Assembly (NCBI RefSeq): GCF_003018255.1
Contig: NZ_CP027440.1
Strand: one strand, 5' to 3'
DNA length: 64,000 nt
Source: Escherichia coli
GTDB lineage: Bacteria > Pseudomonadota > Gammaproteobacteria > Enterobacterales > Enterobacteriaceae
This document shows, piece by piece, positions 19,451 to 32,914 of the stretch. The translations under genes and the position numbers were made by a program. The notes under the pieces were generated by a model, which made no database searches, was not told where the DNA came from, and worked only from the letters and a program-made list of their open reading frames with translations. Every line of letters starts with the position of its first letter. The stretch's first letter is position 1.

Positions 19451-19537
19451 TTAATTCTGAATGCCGCTCACCAGTCTACCGCGCAAAGAAGATGCGTTTA
19501 GTAGTAGTAGACCGATAAAGCGAACGATGTGAGTCAT
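19451..19537 (-). CDS. leuL: leu operon leader peptide
   Basis: Translated from the minus strand: [28 protein letters not shown], with four consecutive CUA Leu codons. Confidence 0.85.
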
Positions 19538-20195
19538 TAAATCAGCTCCAGATGAATGCGATATGCTTTTAGAGTTACTGGATACCAAAACGGATGTCAA
19601 CCCTGATGCAACAAAAACGTCCAGCCAGCGTGAGTTCTGCATCCGTCAAATTAGCTAATTGTGCTGCGGTGGTTAAAACAAGCGATATTAATTTCTGCTT
19701 AACCACCGCCGCTTTTCATCGGTTGACATATTTCAGAATAAATTTTTGCATCTAATCGACGAGGGAAAGGGGGATAAAATGCACGCGTTACAAAACCTAT
19801 CCTGATGATTTGTATTGAATTATATGTATTGCGAATTTTTTGATATTCATTTGGTGAATATTATTGATCAATTAATGTTAAGAATTAAAACATTAAACAT
19901 ATAAATTAATTATTAAAAAAGCACATTTAATCCATTTTGTGGATGATTGAGTATTCGTGGTAGTTATGATTAGATTGTTTTCGCAACAAAAACATTATGG
20001 ATTATTATGCTGTGGTAAATGACGCTTTCCACGGCAATGGATTCTGTTTTTATCAGAACCCGTATCTTTATGTTTTCCTAATTTTACTCATTTTCCTTTT
20101 TCTTATTTTATATGCATGATAAATCATATTCTCGAGGATTATTTCTCTGCATTCCAATAAGGGAAAGGGAGTTAAGTGTGACAGTGGAGTTAAGT

Positions 20196-21140
20196 ATGCC
20201 AGAGGTTCAAACAGATCATCCAGAGACGGCGGAGTTAAGCAAGCCACAGCTACGCATGGTCGATCTCAACTTATTAACCGTTTTCGATGCCGTGATGCAG
20301 GAGCAAAACATCACCCGTGCCGCTCATGTTCTGGGAATGTCGCAACCTGCGGTCAGTAACGCTGTTGCACGCCTGAAGGTGATGTTTAATGACGAGCTTT
20401 TTGTTCGTTATGGCCGTGGTATTCAACCGACTGCTCGCGCATTTCAACTTTTTGGCTCAGTTCGTCAGGCATTGCAACTAGTACAAAATGAATTGCCTGG
20501 TTCAGGTTTTGAACCCGCGAGCAGTGAACGTGTATTTCATCTTTGTGTTTGCAGCCCGTTAGACAGCATTCTGACCTCGCAGATTTATAATCACATTGAG
20601 CAGATTGCGCCAAATATACATGTTATGTTCAAGTCTTCATTAAATCAGAACACTGAACATCAGCTGCGTTATCAGGAAACGGAGTTTGTGATTAGTTATG
20701 AAGACTTCCATCGCCCTGAATTTACCAGTGTGCCATTATTTAAAGATGAAATGGTGTTGGTAGCCAGCAAAAATCATCCAACAATTAAAGGCCCGTTACT
20801 GAAACATGATGTTTATAACGAACAACATGCTGCGGTTTCGCTCGATCGTTTCGCGTCATTTAGTCAAACCTGGTATGACACGGTAGATAAGCAAGCCAGT
20901 ATCGCGTATCAGGGCATGGCAATGATGAGCGTACTTAGCGTGGTGTCGCAAACGCATCTGGTCGCTATTGCGCCGCGTTGGCTGGCTGAAGAGTTCGCTG
21001 AATCCTTAGAGTTACAGGTATTACCGCTGCCGTTAAAACAAAACAGCAGAACCTGTTATCTCTCCTGGCATGAAGCTGCCGGGCGCGATAAAGGCCATCA
21101 GTGGATGGAAGAGCAATTAGTCTCAATTTGCAAACGCTAA
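20196..21140 (+). CDS. leuO: LysR-family global regulator LeuO
   Basis: ORF contains [61 protein letters not shown]...; start set at the internal Met (ORF track starts at 20112). Confidence 0.92.
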   Translation: MPEVQTDHPETAELSKPQLRMVDLNLLTVFDAVMQEQNITRAAHVLGMSQPAVSNAVARLKVMFNDELFVRYGRGIQPTARAFQLFGSVRQALQLVQNELPGSGFEPASSERVFHLCVCSPLDSILTSQIYNHIEQIAPNIHVMFKSSLNQNTEHQLRYQETEFVISYEDFHRPEFTSVPLFKDEMVLVASKNHPTIKGPLLKHDVYNEQHAAVSLDRFASFSQTWYDTVDKQASIAYQGMAMMSVLSVVSQTHLVAIAPRWLAEEFAESLELQVLPLPLKQNSRTCYLSWHEAAGRDKGHQWMEEQLVSICKR

Positions 21141-21457
21141 CTGAATGCAGAATAGGTCAGACATTAATGTCTGGTTTATTCTGCATTTTTTATTGAATAT
21201 AGAATTTTATTCTGAATGTGTGATCTCGCTATTTTAGGATTAATTAAAAAAATAGAGAAATTGCTGTAAGTTGTGGGATTCAGCCGATTTATTATCAATT
21301 TAATCCTCTGTAATGGAGGATTTTATCGTTTCTTTTCACCTTTCCTCCTGTTTATTCTTATTACCCCGTGTTTATGTCTCAGGCTGCCAATTGCTTAAGC
21401 AAGATCGGACGGTTAATGTGTTTTACACATTTTTTCCGTCAAACAGTGAGGCAGGCC

Positions 21458-23182
21458 ATGGAGATGTTGTCTGGAGCCGAGATGGTCGTCCGATCGCTTA
21501 TCGATCAGGGCGTTAAACAAGTATTCGGTTATCCCGGAGGCGCGGTCCTTGATATTTACGATGCATTGCATACCGTGGGTGGTATCGATCATGTTTTAGT
21601 TCGTCATGAGCAGGCGGCGGTGCATATGGCCGATGGTCTGGCGCGCGCGACCGGGGAAGTCGGCGTCGTGCTGGTAACGTCGGGTCCAGGGGCGACCAAT
21701 GCGATTACTGGCATTGCCACCGCTTATATGGATTCCATTCCCTTAGTTGTCCTTTCCGGGCAGGTAGCGACCTCGTTGATAGGCTACGATGCCTTTCAGG
21801 AGTGCGACATGGTGGGGATTTCTCGCCCGGTGGTTAAACACAGTTTTCTGGTTAAGCAAACGGAAGACATTCCGCAGGTGCTGAAAAAGGCTTTCTGGCT
21901 GGCGGCAAGTGGTCGTCCTGGACCCGTGGTCGTTGATTTACCGAAAGATATTCTAAATCCGGCGAACAAATTACCCTATGTCTGGCCGGAGTCGGTCAGT
22001 ATGCGTTCTTACAATCCCACGACCTCCGGGCATAAAGGGCAAATTAAGCGCGCTCTGCAAACGCTGGTGGCGGCAAAAAAACCGGTTGTCTATGTAGGCG
22101 GTGGGGCAATCACGGCGGGCTGTCATCAGCAGCTAAAAGAAACGGTGGAGGCGTTGAATCTGCCCGTTGTTTCCTCATTAATGGGGCTGGGGGCGTTTCC
22201 GGCAACGCATCGTCAGGCACTGGGCATGTTGGGAATGCACGGTACCTACGAAGCCAATATGACGATGCATAACGCGGATGTGATTTTTGCCGTCGGGGTA
22301 CGTTTTGATGACCGAACGACGAACAATCTGGCGAAGTACTGCCCAAATGCCACGGTTCTGCATATCGATATTGATCCTACTTCCATTTCTAAAACCGTGA
22401 CTGCTGATATCCCGATTGTGGGGGATGCTCGCCAGGTCCTCGAACAAATGCTTGAACTCCTGTCGCAAGAATCCGTCCATCAACCGCTGGATGAGATCCG
22501 CGACTGGTGGCAGCAGATTGAACAGTGGCGCGCTCGTCAGTGCCTGAAATATGACACTCACAGTGAAAAGATTAAACCGCAGGCGGTGATCGAGACTCTT
22601 TGGCGGTTGACTAATGGGGACGCTTACGTGACGTCCGATGTCGGGCAGCACCAGATGTTTGCTGCGCTTTATTATCCATTCGACAAACCGCGTCGCTGGA
22701 TTAACTCTGGCGGCCTCGGCACGATGGGTTTTGGTTTACCTGCGGCACTGGGCGTCAAAATGGCGTTGCCAGAAGAAACCGTGGTTTGCGTCACTGGCGA
22801 CGGCAGTATTCAGATGAACATCCAGGAACTGTCTACAGCGTTGCAATACGAGTTGCCGGTACTGGTGGTGAATCTCAATAACCGCTATCTGGGGATGGTG
22901 AAACAGTGGCAGGACATGATCTATTCCGGCCGTCATTCACAATCTTATATGCAGTCACTACCCGATTTCGTTCGTCTGGCGGAAGCCTATGGTCACGTCG
23001 GGATCCAGATCTCTCATCCGCAAGAACTGGAAAGCAAACTTAGCGAGGCGCTGGAACAGGTGCGCAATAATCGCCTGGTGTTTGTTGATGTCACCGTCGA
23101 TGGCAGTGAGCACGTCTACCCGATGCAGATTCGCGGGGGCGGAATGGATGAAATGTGGTTAAGCAAAACGGAGAGAACCTGA
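21458..23182 (+). CDS. ilvI: Acetolactate synthase III large subunit
   Basis: ORF contains [37 protein letters not shown]...; TPP enzyme; start set at MEMLSG (ORF track starts at 21368). Confidence 0.94.
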   Translation: MEMLSGAEMVVRSLIDQGVKQVFGYPGGAVLDIYDALHTVGGIDHVLVRHEQAAVHMADGLARATGEVGVVLVTSGPGATNAITGIATAYMDSIPLVVLSGQVATSLIGYDAFQECDMVGISRPVVKHSFLVKQTEDIPQVLKKAFWLAASGRPGPVVVDLPKDILNPANKLPYVWPESVSMRSYNPTTSGHKGQIKRALQTLVAAKKPVVYVGGGAITAGCHQQLKETVEALNLPVVSSLMGLGAFPATHRQALGMLGMHGTYEANMTMHNADVIFAVGVRFDDRTTNNLAKYCPNATVLHIDIDPTSISKTVTADIPIVGDARQVLEQMLELLSQESVHQPLDEIRDWWQQIEQWRARQCLKYDTHSEKIKPQAVIETLWRLTNGDAYVTSDVGQHQMFAALYYPFDKPRRWINSGGLGTMGFGLPAALGVKMALPEETVVCVTGDGSIQMNIQELSTALQYELPVLVVNLNNRYLGMVKQWQDMIYSGRHSQSYMQSLPDFVRLAEAYGHVGIQISHPQELESKLSEALEQVRNNRLVFVDVTVDGSEHVYPMQIRGGGMDEMWLSKTERT

Positions 23183-23184
23183 TT

Positions 23185-23676
23185 ATGCGCCGGATATTAT
23201 CAGTCTTACTCGAAAATGAATCAGGCGCGTTATCCCGCGTGATTGGCCTTTTTTCCCAGCGTGGCTACAACATTGAAAGCCTGACCGTTGCGCCAACCGA
23301 CGATCCAACATTATCGCGTATGACCATCCAGACCGTGGGCGATGAAAAAGTGCTTGAGCAAATCGAAAAGCAATTACACAAGCTGGTCGATGTCTTGCGC
23401 GTGAGCGAGTTGGGGCAGGGCGCGCACGTTGAGCGGGAAATCATGCTGGTGAAAATTCAGGCCAGCGGTTACGGGCGTGATGAAGTGAAACGTAATACGG
23501 AAATATTCCGTGGGCAAATTATCGATGTCACACCCTCGCTTTATACCGTTCAATTAGCAGGCACCAGCGATAAGCTTGATGCATTTTTAGCATCGATTCG
23601 CGATGTGGCGAAAATTGTGGAAGTTGCTCGCTCTGGTGTAGTCGGACTTTCGCGCGGCGATAAAATAATGCGTTGA
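23185..23676 (+). CDS. ilvH: Acetolactate synthase III small (regulatory) subunit
   Basis: [40 protein letters not shown]...; ACT domain; start 3 nt after the ilvI stop. Confidence 0.94.
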
Positions 23677-23855
23677 GAATGATCTCAATGCGCAATTTGC
23701 AGCCCAACATGTCACGTTGGGCTTTTTTTGCGAAATCAGTGGGAACCTGGAATAAAAGCAGTTGCCGCAGTTAATTTTCTGCGCTTAGATGTTAATGAAT
23801 TTAACCCATACCAGTACAATGGCTATGGTTTTTACATTTTACGCAAGGGGCAATT

Positions 23856-24860
23856 GTGAAACTGGATGAAATCGCTCGGCTGGCGGGAGTGTCGCGGACC
23901 ACTGCAAGCTATGTTATTAACGGCAAAGCGAAGCAATACCGTGTGAGCGACAAAACCGTTGAAAAAGTCATGGCTGTGGTGCGTGAGCACAATTACCACC
24001 CGAACGCCGTGGCAGCTGGGCTTCGTGCTGGACGCACACGTTCTATTGGTCTTGTGATCCCCGATCTGGAGAACACCAGCTATACCCGCATCGCTAACTA
24101 TCTTGAACGCCAGGCGCGGCAAAGGGGTTATCAACTGCTGATTGCCTGCTCGGAAGATCAGCCCGACAACGAAATGCGTTGTATCGAGCATCTTTTACAG
24201 CGTCAGGTTGATGCCATTATTGTTTCGACGTCGTTGCCACCTGAGCATCCTTTTTATCAACGCTGGGCTAACGACCCGTTCCCGATTGTCGCGCTGGACC
24301 GCGCCCTCGATCGTGAACACTTCACCAGCGTGGTTGGTGCCGATCAGGATGATGCCGAAATGCTGGCGGAAGAGTTACGTAAGTTTCCCGCCGAGACGGT
24401 ACTTTATCTTGGCGCGCTGCCGGAGCTTTCTGTCAGCTTCCTGCGTGAACAAGGTTTCCGTACTGCCTGGAAAGATGATCCTCGCGAAGTGCATTTCCTT
24501 TATGCCAACAGCTATGAGCGGGAGGCGGCTGCCCAGTTATTCGAAAAATGGCTGGAAACGCATCCGATGCCGCAGGCACTGTTCACAACGTCGTTTGCGT
24601 TGTTGCAAGGGGTGATGGATGTCACGCTACGTCGTGACGGCAAACTGCCTTCTGACCTGGCAATTGCCACCTTTGGCGATAACGAACTGCTCGACTTCTT
24701 ACAGTGCCCGGTGCTGGCAGTGGCTCAACGTCACCGCGATGTCGCAGAGCGTGTGCTGGAGATTGTCCTGGCAAGCCTGGACGAACCGCGTAAGCCAAAA
24801 CCTGGTTTAACGCGCATTAAACGTAATCTCTATCGCCGCGGCGTGCTCAGCCGTAGCTAA
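23856..24860 (+). CDS. cra: Catabolite repressor/activator Cra (FruR), LacI family
   Basis: GTG start; [73 protein letters not shown]... Confidence 0.95.
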   Translation: MKLDEIARLAGVSRTTASYVINGKAKQYRVSDKTVEKVMAVVREHNYHPNAVAAGLRAGRTRSIGLVIPDLENTSYTRIANYLERQARQRGYQLLIACSEDQPDNEMRCIEHLLQRQVDAIIVSTSLPPEHPFYQRWANDPFPIVALDRALDREHFTSVVGADQDDAEMLAEELRKFPAETVLYLGALPELSVSFLREQGFRTAWKDDPREVHFLYANSYEREAAAQLFEKWLETHPMPQALFTTSFALLQGVMDVTLRRDGKLPSDLAIATFGDNELLDFLQCPVLAVAQRHRDVAERVLEIVLASLDEPRKPKPGLTRIKRNLYRRGVLSRS

Positions 24861-25461
24861 GCCGCGAACAAAAATACGCGCCAGGTGAATTTCTCTCTGG
24901 CGCGTTGAGTACGGGAATGGACATCAATATCCTTAAAGTAAATAAGACTATTCCTGGCTATTATTGATAAATGCTTTTAAACCTGCCCGTTAATTACCTC
25001 ACCAGCTGAAATTCACAATAATTAAGTGATATCGATAGCGCGTTTTTGCATTATTTTGTTACATGCAGAGATGAATTGCCGATTTAACAAACACTTTTCT
25101 TTGCTTTTGCGCAAACCCGCTGGCATCAAGCGCCACACAGACGCAACAGGGACTGTTAACCGGGGAAGATATGTCCTAAAATGCCGCTCGCGTCGCAAAC
25201 TGACACTTTATATTTGCTGTGGAAAATAGTGAGTCATTTTAAAACGGTGATGACGATGAGGGATTTTTTCTTACAGCTATTCATAACGTTAATTTGCTTC
25301 GCACGTTGGACGTAAAATAAACAACGCTGATATTAGCCGTAAACATCGGGTTTTTTACCTCGGTATGCCTTGTGACTGGCTTGACAAGCTTTTCCTCCGC
25401 TCCGTAAACTCCTTTCAGTGGGAAATTGTGGGGCAAAGTGGGAATAAGGGGTGAGGCTGGC

Positions 25462-25920
25462 ATGTTCCGGGGAGCAACGTTAGTCAATCTCGACAGCAAA
25501 GGGCGCTTATCAGTGCCTACCCGTTATCGGGAACAGCTGCTTGAGAACGCTGCCGGTCAAATGGTTTGCACCATTGACATTCATCACCCGTGCCTGCTGC
25601 TTTACCCCCTGCCTGAATGGGAAATTATCGAGCAAAAATTATCGCGTCTGTCGAGCATGAACCCGGTTGAGCGCCGTGTGCAGCGCCTACTGTTAGGTCA
25701 TGCCAGCGAATGTCAGATGGATGGCGCAGGTCGATTGTTAATCGCGCCAGTACTGCGGCAACATGCCGGGCTGACAAAAGAAGTGATGCTGGTTGGACAG
25801 TTCAACAAGTTTGAGCTGTGGGATGAAACAACCTGGCATCAACAGGTCAAGGAAGATATCGACGCAGAGCAGTTGGCTACTGGAGACTTATCGGAGCGAC
25901 TGCAGGACTTGTCTCTATAA
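25462..25920 (+). CDS. mraZ: Transcriptional regulator MraZ
   Basis: [27 protein letters not shown]...; first gene of the dcw cluster; start set at MFRGAT (ORF track starts at 25426). Confidence 0.93.
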
Positions 25921-25921
25921 A

Positions 25922-26863
25922 ATGATGGAAAACTATAAACATACTACGGTGCTGCTGGATGAAGCCGTTAATGGCCTCAATATCCGTCCTGATGGCATCT
26001 ACATTGATGGGACTTTTGGTCGCGGTGGTCACTCACGTCTGATCCTCTCGCAGCTTGGCGAAGAGGGGCGTTTGCTGGCGATCGATCGCGACCCGCAGGC
26101 TATCGCCGTTGCGAAGACTATTGATGATCCGCGCTTCTCCATCATCCACGGACCTTTCTCCGCGCTGGGCGAATACGTTGCCGAGCGCGATCTTATCGGC
26201 AAGATCGACGGCATTCTCCTCGATCTTGGCGTCTCTTCACCGCAACTTGATGATGCTGAACGCGGCTTTTCCTTTATGCGCGATGGTCCGCTGGACATGC
26301 GTATGGACCCAACCCGTGGGCAGTCAGCCGCTGAATGGCTACAAACCGCAGAAGAAGCCGATATCGCCTGGGTATTGAAAACCTATGGTGAAGAGCGTTT
26401 TGCCAAACGCATTGCCCGCGCCATTGTCGAGCGTAACCGCGAACAGCCGATGACCCGCACCAAAGAACTGGCGGAAGTCGTGGCTGCTGCAACGCCGGTG
26501 AAAGATAAGTTTAAACATCCCGCGACCCGTACCTTCCAGGCGGTGCGCATTTGGGTAAACAGTGAACTGGAGGAGATAGAGCAGGCGCTAAAAAGCTCGC
26601 TCAACGTGCTGGCCCCGGGTGGGCGGCTTTCGATCATCAGCTTCCACTCGCTGGAAGACCGTATTGTGAAACGTTTTATGCGTGAAAACAGCCGCGGTCC
26701 GCAAGTTCCGGCAGGGTTACCGATGACTGAAGAGCAGCTCAAAAAACTGGGTGGCCGTCAGCTGCGAGCACTAGGCAAGTTAATGCCGGGTGAAGAAGAG
26801 GTGGCTGAGAACCCTCGTGCCCGTAGTTCAGTTCTGCGTATTGCAGAGAGGACGAACGCATGA
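25922..26863 (+). CDS. rsmH: 16S rRNA m4C1402 methyltransferase RsmH (MraW)
   Basis: [43 protein letters not shown]...; start set at MMENYK directly after the mraZ stop. Confidence 0.94.
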
Positions 26864-27225
26864 TCAGCAGAGTGACAGAAGCTCTAAGCAAAGTTAAAGG
26901 ATCGATGGGAAGCCACGAGCGCCATGCATTGCCTGGTGTTATCGGTGACGATCTTTTGCGATTTGGGAAGCTGCCACTCTGCCTGTTCATTTGCATTATT
27001 TTGACGGCGGTGACCGTGGTAACCACGGCGCACCATACCCGTTTACTGACCGCACAGCGCGAACAACTGGTGCTGGAGCGAGATGCTTTAGACATTGAAT
27101 GGCGCAACCTGATCCTTGAAGAGAATGCGCTCGGCGACCATAGCCGGGTGGAAAGGATCGCCACGGAAAAGCTGCAAATGCAGCATGTTGATCCGTCACA
27201 AGAAAATATCGTAGTGCAAAAATAA
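26860..27225 (+). CDS. ftsL: Cell division protein FtsL
   Basis: 121-aa [46 protein letters not shown]... Confidence 0.95.
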
Positions 27226-27240
27226 GGATAAACGCGACGC

Positions 27241-29007
27241 ATGAAAGCAGCGGCGAAAACGCAGAAACCAAAACGTCAGGAAGAACATGCCAACTTTATC
27301 AGTTGGCGTTTTGCGTTGTTATGCGGCTGTATTCTCCTGGCGCTGGCTTTTCTGCTCGGACGCGTAGCGTGGTTACAAGTTATCTCCCCGGATATGCTGG
27401 TAAAAGAGGGCGACATGCGTTCTCTTCGCGTTCAGCAAGTTTCCACCTCCCGCGGCATGATTACTGACCGTTCTGGTCGCCCGTTAGCGGTGAGCGTGCC
27501 GGTAAAAGCGATTTGGGCTGACCCGAAAGAAGTGCATGACGCTGGCGGTATCAGCGTCGGTGATCGCTGGAAGGCGCTGGCTAACGCACTCAATATTCCG
27601 CTGGATCAGCTTTCAGCCCGCATTAACGCCAACCCGAAAGGGCGCTTTATTTATCTGGCGCGTCAGGTAAACCCTGACATGGCAGAGTACATCAAAAAAC
27701 TGAAACTGCCGGGGATTCATCTGCGTGAAGAATCTCGCCGTTATTATCCATCCGGCGAAGTGACCGCTCACCTCATCGGCTTTACTAACGTCGATAGTCA
27801 GGGGATTGAGGGCGTCGAGAAGAGTTTCGATAAATGGCTTACCGGGCAGCCGGGTGAGCGCATTGTGCGTAAAGACCGCTATGGTCGCGTAATTGAAGAT
27901 ATCTCTTCCACCGACAGTCAGGCGGCGCACAACCTGGCGCTGAGTATTGATGAACGCCTGCAGGCGCTGGTTTATCGCGAACTGAACAACGCGGTGGCCT
28001 TTAACAAAGCTGAATCTGGTAGCGCCGTGCTGGTGGATGTCAACACCGGTGAAGTGCTGGCGATGGCTAACAGCCCGTCATACAACCCAAACAATCTGAG
28101 TGGCACGCCGAAAGAGGCGATGCGTAACCGTACCATCACTGACGTGTTTGAACCGGGTTCAACGGTTAAACCGATGGTGGTGATGACCGCGTTGCAACGT
28201 GGCGTAGTGCGGGAAAACTCGGTACTGAATACCGTTCCTTATCGAATTAACGGCCACGAAATCAAAGACGTGGCACGCTACAGCGAATTAACCCTGACCG
28301 GGGTATTACAGAAGTCGAGTAACGTCGGTGTTTCCAAGCTGGCGTTAGCGATGCCGTCCTCAGCGTTAGTAGATACTTACTCACGTTTTGGACTGGGAAA
28401 AGCGACCAATTTGGGGTTGGTCGGAGAACGCAGTGGCTTATATCCTCAAAAACAACGGTGGTCTGACATAGAGAGGGCCACCTTCTCTTTCGGCTACGGG
28501 CTAATGGTAACACCGTTACAGTTAGCGCGAGTCTACGCAACTATCGGCAGCTACGGCATTTATCGCCCACTGTCGATTACCAAAGTTGACCCCCCGGTTC
28601 CCGGTGAACGAGTCTTCCCGGAATCCATTGTTCGCACCGTGGTGCATATGATGGAAAGCGTGGCGCTACCGGGCGGCGGCGGCGTGAAGGCGGCGATTAA
28701 AGGCTATCGTATCGCCATTAAAACCGGTACCGCGAAAAAGGTCGGGCCGGACGGTCGCTACATCAATAAATATATTGCTTATACCGCAGGCGTTGCGCCT
28801 GCGAGTCAGCCGCGCTTCGCGCTGGTTGTTGTTATCAACGATCCGCAGGCGGGTAAATACTACGGCGGCGCCGTTTCCGCGCCGGTCTTTGGTGCCATCA
28901 TGGGCGGCGTATTGCGTACCATGAACATCGAACCGGATGCGCTGACAACGGGCGATAAAAATGAATTTGTGATTAATCAAGGCGAGGGGACAGGTGGCAG
29001 ATCGTAA
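27241..29007 (+). CDS. ftsI: Peptidoglycan transpeptidase FtsI (PBP3)
   Basis: 588-aa ORF with STVK, SSN and KTG penicillin-binding motifs. Confidence 0.96.
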
Positions 29008-30481
29008 TTTGCGCGACCTTCTTGCTCCGTGGGTGCCAGACGCACCTTCGCGAGCACTGCGAGAGATGACACTCGACAGCCGTGTGGCTGCGGCGGGCGA
29101 TCTCTTTGTAGCTGTAGTAGGTCATCAGGCGGACGGGCGTCGATATATCCCGCAGGCGATAGCGCAAGGTGTGGCTGCCATTATTGCAGAGGCGAAAGAT
29201 GAGGCGACCGACGGTGAAATCCGTGAAATGCACGGCGTACCGGTCATCTATCTCAGCCAGCTCAACGAGCGTTTATCTGCACTGGCGGGCCGCTTTTACC
29301 ATGAACCCTCTGACAATTTACGTCTCGTGGGCGTAACGGGCACCAACGGCAAAACCACGACGACCCAGCTGCTGGCGCAGTGGAGCCAACTGCTTGGCGA
29401 AACCAGCGCGGTAATGGGCACCGTTGGTAACGGCCTGCTGGGGAAAGTGATCCCGACAGAAAATACAACCGGTTCGGCAGTCGATGTTCAGCATGAGCTG
29501 GCGGGGCTGGTGGATCAGGGCGCGACTTTTTGCGCAATGGAAGTTTCCTCCCACGGACTGGTACAGCACCGTGTGGCGGCATTGAAATTTGCGGCGTCGG
29601 TCTTTACCAACTTAAGCCGCGATCACCTTGATTATCATGGTGATATGGAACACTACGAAGCCGCGAAATGGCTGCTTTATTCTGAGCATCATTGCGGTCA
29701 GGCGATTATTAACGCCGACGATGAAGTGGGCCGCCGCTGGCTGGCAAAACTGCCGGACGCGGTTGCGGTATCAATGGAAGATCATATCAATCCGAACTGT
29801 CACGGACGCTGGTTGAAAGCGACAGAAGTGAACTATCACGACAGCGGTGCGACGATTCGCTTTAGCTCAAGCTGGGGCGATGGCGAAATTGAAAGCCATC
29901 TGATGGGCGCTTTTAACGTCAGCAACTTGCTGCTGGCGCTGGCGACGCTGCTGGCGCTGGGCTATCCGTTGGCTGACCTGCTGAAAACTGCCGCACGCCT
30001 GCAGCCGGTTTGTGGACGTATGGAAGTGTTCACTGCGCCAGGCAAACCGACGGTAGTGGTGGATTACGCGCATACACCGGATGCACTGGAAAAAGCCTTA
30101 CAGGCGGCGCGCCTGCACTGTGCGGGCAAGCTGTGGTGCGTCTTTGGCTGTGGTGGCGATCGTGATAAAGGCAAACGTCCACTGATGGGCGCAATTGCTG
30201 AAGAGTTCGCTGACGTGGCGGTGGTGACGGACGATAACCCGCGTACCGAAGAACCGCGTGCCATCATCAACGATATTCTGGCGGGAATGTTAGATGCCGG
30301 ACATGCCAAAGTGATGGAAGGCCGTGCTGAAGCGGTGACTTGCGCCGTTATGCAGGCTAAAGAGAATGATGTGGTACTGGTCGCGGGCAAAGGTCATGAG
30401 GATTACCAGATTGTTGGCAATCAGCGTCTGGACTACTCCGATCGCGTCACGGTGGCGCGTCTGCTGGGGGTGATTGCATGA
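28994..30481 (+). CDS. murE: UDP-MurNAc-tripeptide synthetase (meso-DAP ligase)
   Basis: 495-aa ORF with [12 protein letters not shown]-loop. Confidence 0.96.
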
Positions 30482-31836
30482 TTAGCGTAACCCTTAGCCA
30501 ACTTACCGATATTCTCAACGGTGAACTAAAAGGGGCAGATATCACCCTTGATGCTGTAACCACAGACACACGAAAACTGACGCCGGGTTGCCTGTTTGTT
30601 GCCCTGAAAGGCGAACGTTTCGATGCCCATGATTTTGCTGACCAGGCGAAAGCTGGCGGTGCGGGTGCACTACTGGTTAACCGTCCGCTGGATATCGATC
30701 TGCCGCAGGTAATCGTCAAGGATACTCGTCTGGCGTTTGGTGAACTGGCTGCATGGGTTCGCCAGCAAGTTCCGGCGCGCGTGGTTGCTCTGACCGGTTC
30801 CTCCGGCAAAACCTCCGTTAAAGAGATGACGGCAGCGATTTTAAGCCAGTGTGGCAACACGCTTTATACGGCAGGCAATCTCAACAACGACATCGGTGTA
30901 CCGATGACGCTGTTGCGCTTAACGCCAGAGTACGATTACGCAGTAATTGAACTTGGCGCGAACCATCAGGGCGAAATTGCCTGGACTGTGAGTCTGACTC
31001 GCCCGGAAGCGGCGCTGGTCAACAACCTGGCAGCGGCGCATCTGGAAGGTTTTGGCTCGCTTGCGGGTGTCGCGAAAGCGAAAGGTGAAATCTTTAGCGG
31101 CCTGCCGGAAAACGGTATCGCCATTATGAACGCCGACAACAACGACTGGCTGAACTGGCAGAGCGTAATTGGCTCACGCAAAGTGTGGCGTTTCTCACCT
31201 AATGCCGCCAACAGCGATTTCACCGCCACCAACATCCATGTGACTTCGCACGGTACGGAATTTACCCTGCAAACCCCAACCGGTAGCGTGGATGTTCTGC
31301 TGCCGTTGCCGGGGCGTCACAATATTGCGAATGCGCTGGCAGCCGCTGCGCTCTCCATGTCCGTGGGCGCAACGCTTGATGCTATCAAAGCGGGGCTGGC
31401 AAATCTGAAAGCTGTTCCAGGCCGTCTGTTCCCCATCCAACTGGCGGAAAACCAGTTGCTGCTCGACGACTCCTACAACGCCAATGTCGGTTCAATGACC
31501 GCAGCAGTCCAGGTACTGGCTGAAATGCCGGGCTACCGCGTGCTGGTGGTGGGCGATATGGCGGAACTGGGCGCTGAAAGCGAAGCCTGCCATATACAGG
31601 TGGGCGAAGCGGCAAAAGCAGCTGGTATTGACCGCGTGTTAAGCGTGGGCAAACAAAGCCATGCTATCAGCACTGCCAGCGGTGTTGGCGAACATTTTTC
31701 CGATAAAACTGAGCTTATCGCGCGTCTTAAATCACTGATTGCTGAGCAACAGGTAATTACGATTTTAGTTAAGGGTTCACGTAGTGCTGCCATGGAAGAG
31801 GTAGTACGCGCTTTACAGGAGAATGGGACATGTTAG
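30478..31836 (+). CDS. murF: UDP-MurNAc-pentapeptide synthetase
   Basis: 452-aa ORF with LTGSSGKTS motif; dcw order. Confidence 0.96.
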   Translation: MISVTLSQLTDILNGELKGADITLDAVTTDTRKLTPGCLFVALKGERFDAHDFADQAKAGGAGALLVNRPLDIDLPQVIVKDTRLAFGELAAWVRQQVPARVVALTGSSGKTSVKEMTAAILSQCGNTLYTAGNLNNDIGVPMTLLRLTPEYDYAVIELGANHQGEIAWTVSLTRPEAALVNNLAAAHLEGFGSLAGVAKAKGEIFSGLPENGIAIMNADNNDWLNWQSVIGSRKVWRFSPNAANSDFTATNIHVTSHGTEFTLQTPTGSVDVLLPLPGRHNIANALAAAALSMSVGATLDAIKAGLANLKAVPGRLFPIQLAENQLLLDDSYNANVGSMTAAVQVLAEMPGYRVLVVGDMAELGAESEACHIQVGEAAKAAGIDRVLSVGKQSHAISTASGVGEHFSDKTELIARLKSLIAEQQVITILVKGSRSAAMEEVVRALQENGTC

Positions 31837-32912
31837 TTTGGCTGGCCGAACATTTGGTCAAATATTATTCCGGCTTTAACGTCTTTTCCTATCTGACGTT
31901 TCGCGCCATCGTCAGCCTGCTGACTGCGCTGTTCATCTCATTGTGGATGGGCCCGCGCATGATTGCTCATTTGCAAAAACTTTCCTTTGGTCAGGTGGTG
32001 CGTAACGACGGTCCTGAATCACACTTCAGCAAGCGCGGTACGCCGACCATGGGCGGGATTATGATCCTGACAGCGATTGTGATCTCCGTACTGCTGTGGG
32101 CTTACCCGTCCAATCCGTACGTCTGGTGCGTGTTGGTAGTGCTGGTAGGTTACGGTGTTATTGGCTTTGTTGATGATTATCGCAAAGTAGTGCGTAAAGA
32201 CACCAAAGGGTTGATCGCTCGTTGGAAGTATTTCTGGATGTCGGTCATTGCGCTGGGTGTCGCCTTCGCGCTGTACCTTGTTGGCAAAGACACGCCCGCA
32301 ACGCAGCTGGTGGTCCCATTTTTTAAAGATGTGATGCCGCAACTGGGGCTGTTCTACATTCTGCTGGCTTACTTCGTCATTGTGGGTACAGGCAACGCGG
32401 TAAACCTGACTGATGGTCTCGACGGTCTGGCAATTATGCCGACCGTATTTGTCGCCGGTGGTTTTGCGCTGGTGGCGTGGGCGACCGGCAACATGAACTT
32501 TGCCAGCTATTTACACATACCGTATCTACGACACGCCGGGGAACTGGTCATTGTCTGTACCGCGATAGTCGGGGCAGGGCTGGGCTTCCTGTGGTTTAAC
32601 ACCTATCCGGCGCAGGTCTTTATGGGCGATGTCGGTTCGCTGGCGTTAGGTGGTGCGTTAGGTATTATCGCCGTACTGCTGCGTCAGGAATTCCTGCTGG
32701 TGATTATGGGGGGCGTGTTCGTGGTAGAAACACTTTCCGTCATCCTGCAGGTCGGCTCCTTTAAACTGCGCGGACAACGTATTTTCCGCATGGCACCGAT
32801 TCATCACCACTATGAACTGAAAGGCTGGCCGGAACCGCGCGTCATTGTACGTTTCTGGATTATTTCGCTGATGCTGGTCCTGATTGGTCTGGCAACGCTG
32901 AAGGTACGTTAA
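31830..32912 (+). CDS. mraY: Phospho-MurNAc-pentapeptide translocase
   Basis: 360-aa polytopic membrane [34 protein letters not shown]... Confidence 0.96.
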   Translation: MLVWLAEHLVKYYSGFNVFSYLTFRAIVSLLTALFISLWMGPRMIAHLQKLSFGQVVRNDGPESHFSKRGTPTMGGIMILTAIVISVLLWAYPSNPYVWCVLVVLVGYGVIGFVDDYRKVVRKDTKGLIARWKYFWMSVIALGVAFALYLVGKDTPATQLVVPFFKDVMPQLGLFYILLAYFVIVGTGNAVNLTDGLDGLAIMPTVFVAGGFALVAWATGNMNFASYLHIPYLRHAGELVIVCTAIVGAGLGFLWFNTYPAQVFMGDVGSLALGGALGIIAVLLRQEFLLVIMGGVFVVETLSVILQVGSFKLRGQRIFRMAPIHHHYELKGWPEPRVIVRFWIISLMLVLIGLATLKVR

Positions 32913-32914
32913 TC

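Noticed and set aside
19640..20195. AT-rich 550-bp region upstream of leuO as a possible foreign insertion
   Set aside because: This is the known extended AT-rich regulatory region of leuO, which is H-NS-silenced, and it sits in a conserved position between leuL and leuO. It is not an island.
24861..25461. 600-bp non-coding gap between cra and mraZ as a possible missing gene
   Set aside because: A long intergenic region containing the mra promoter is normal at this position in E. coli. No ORF with coding signal is present.
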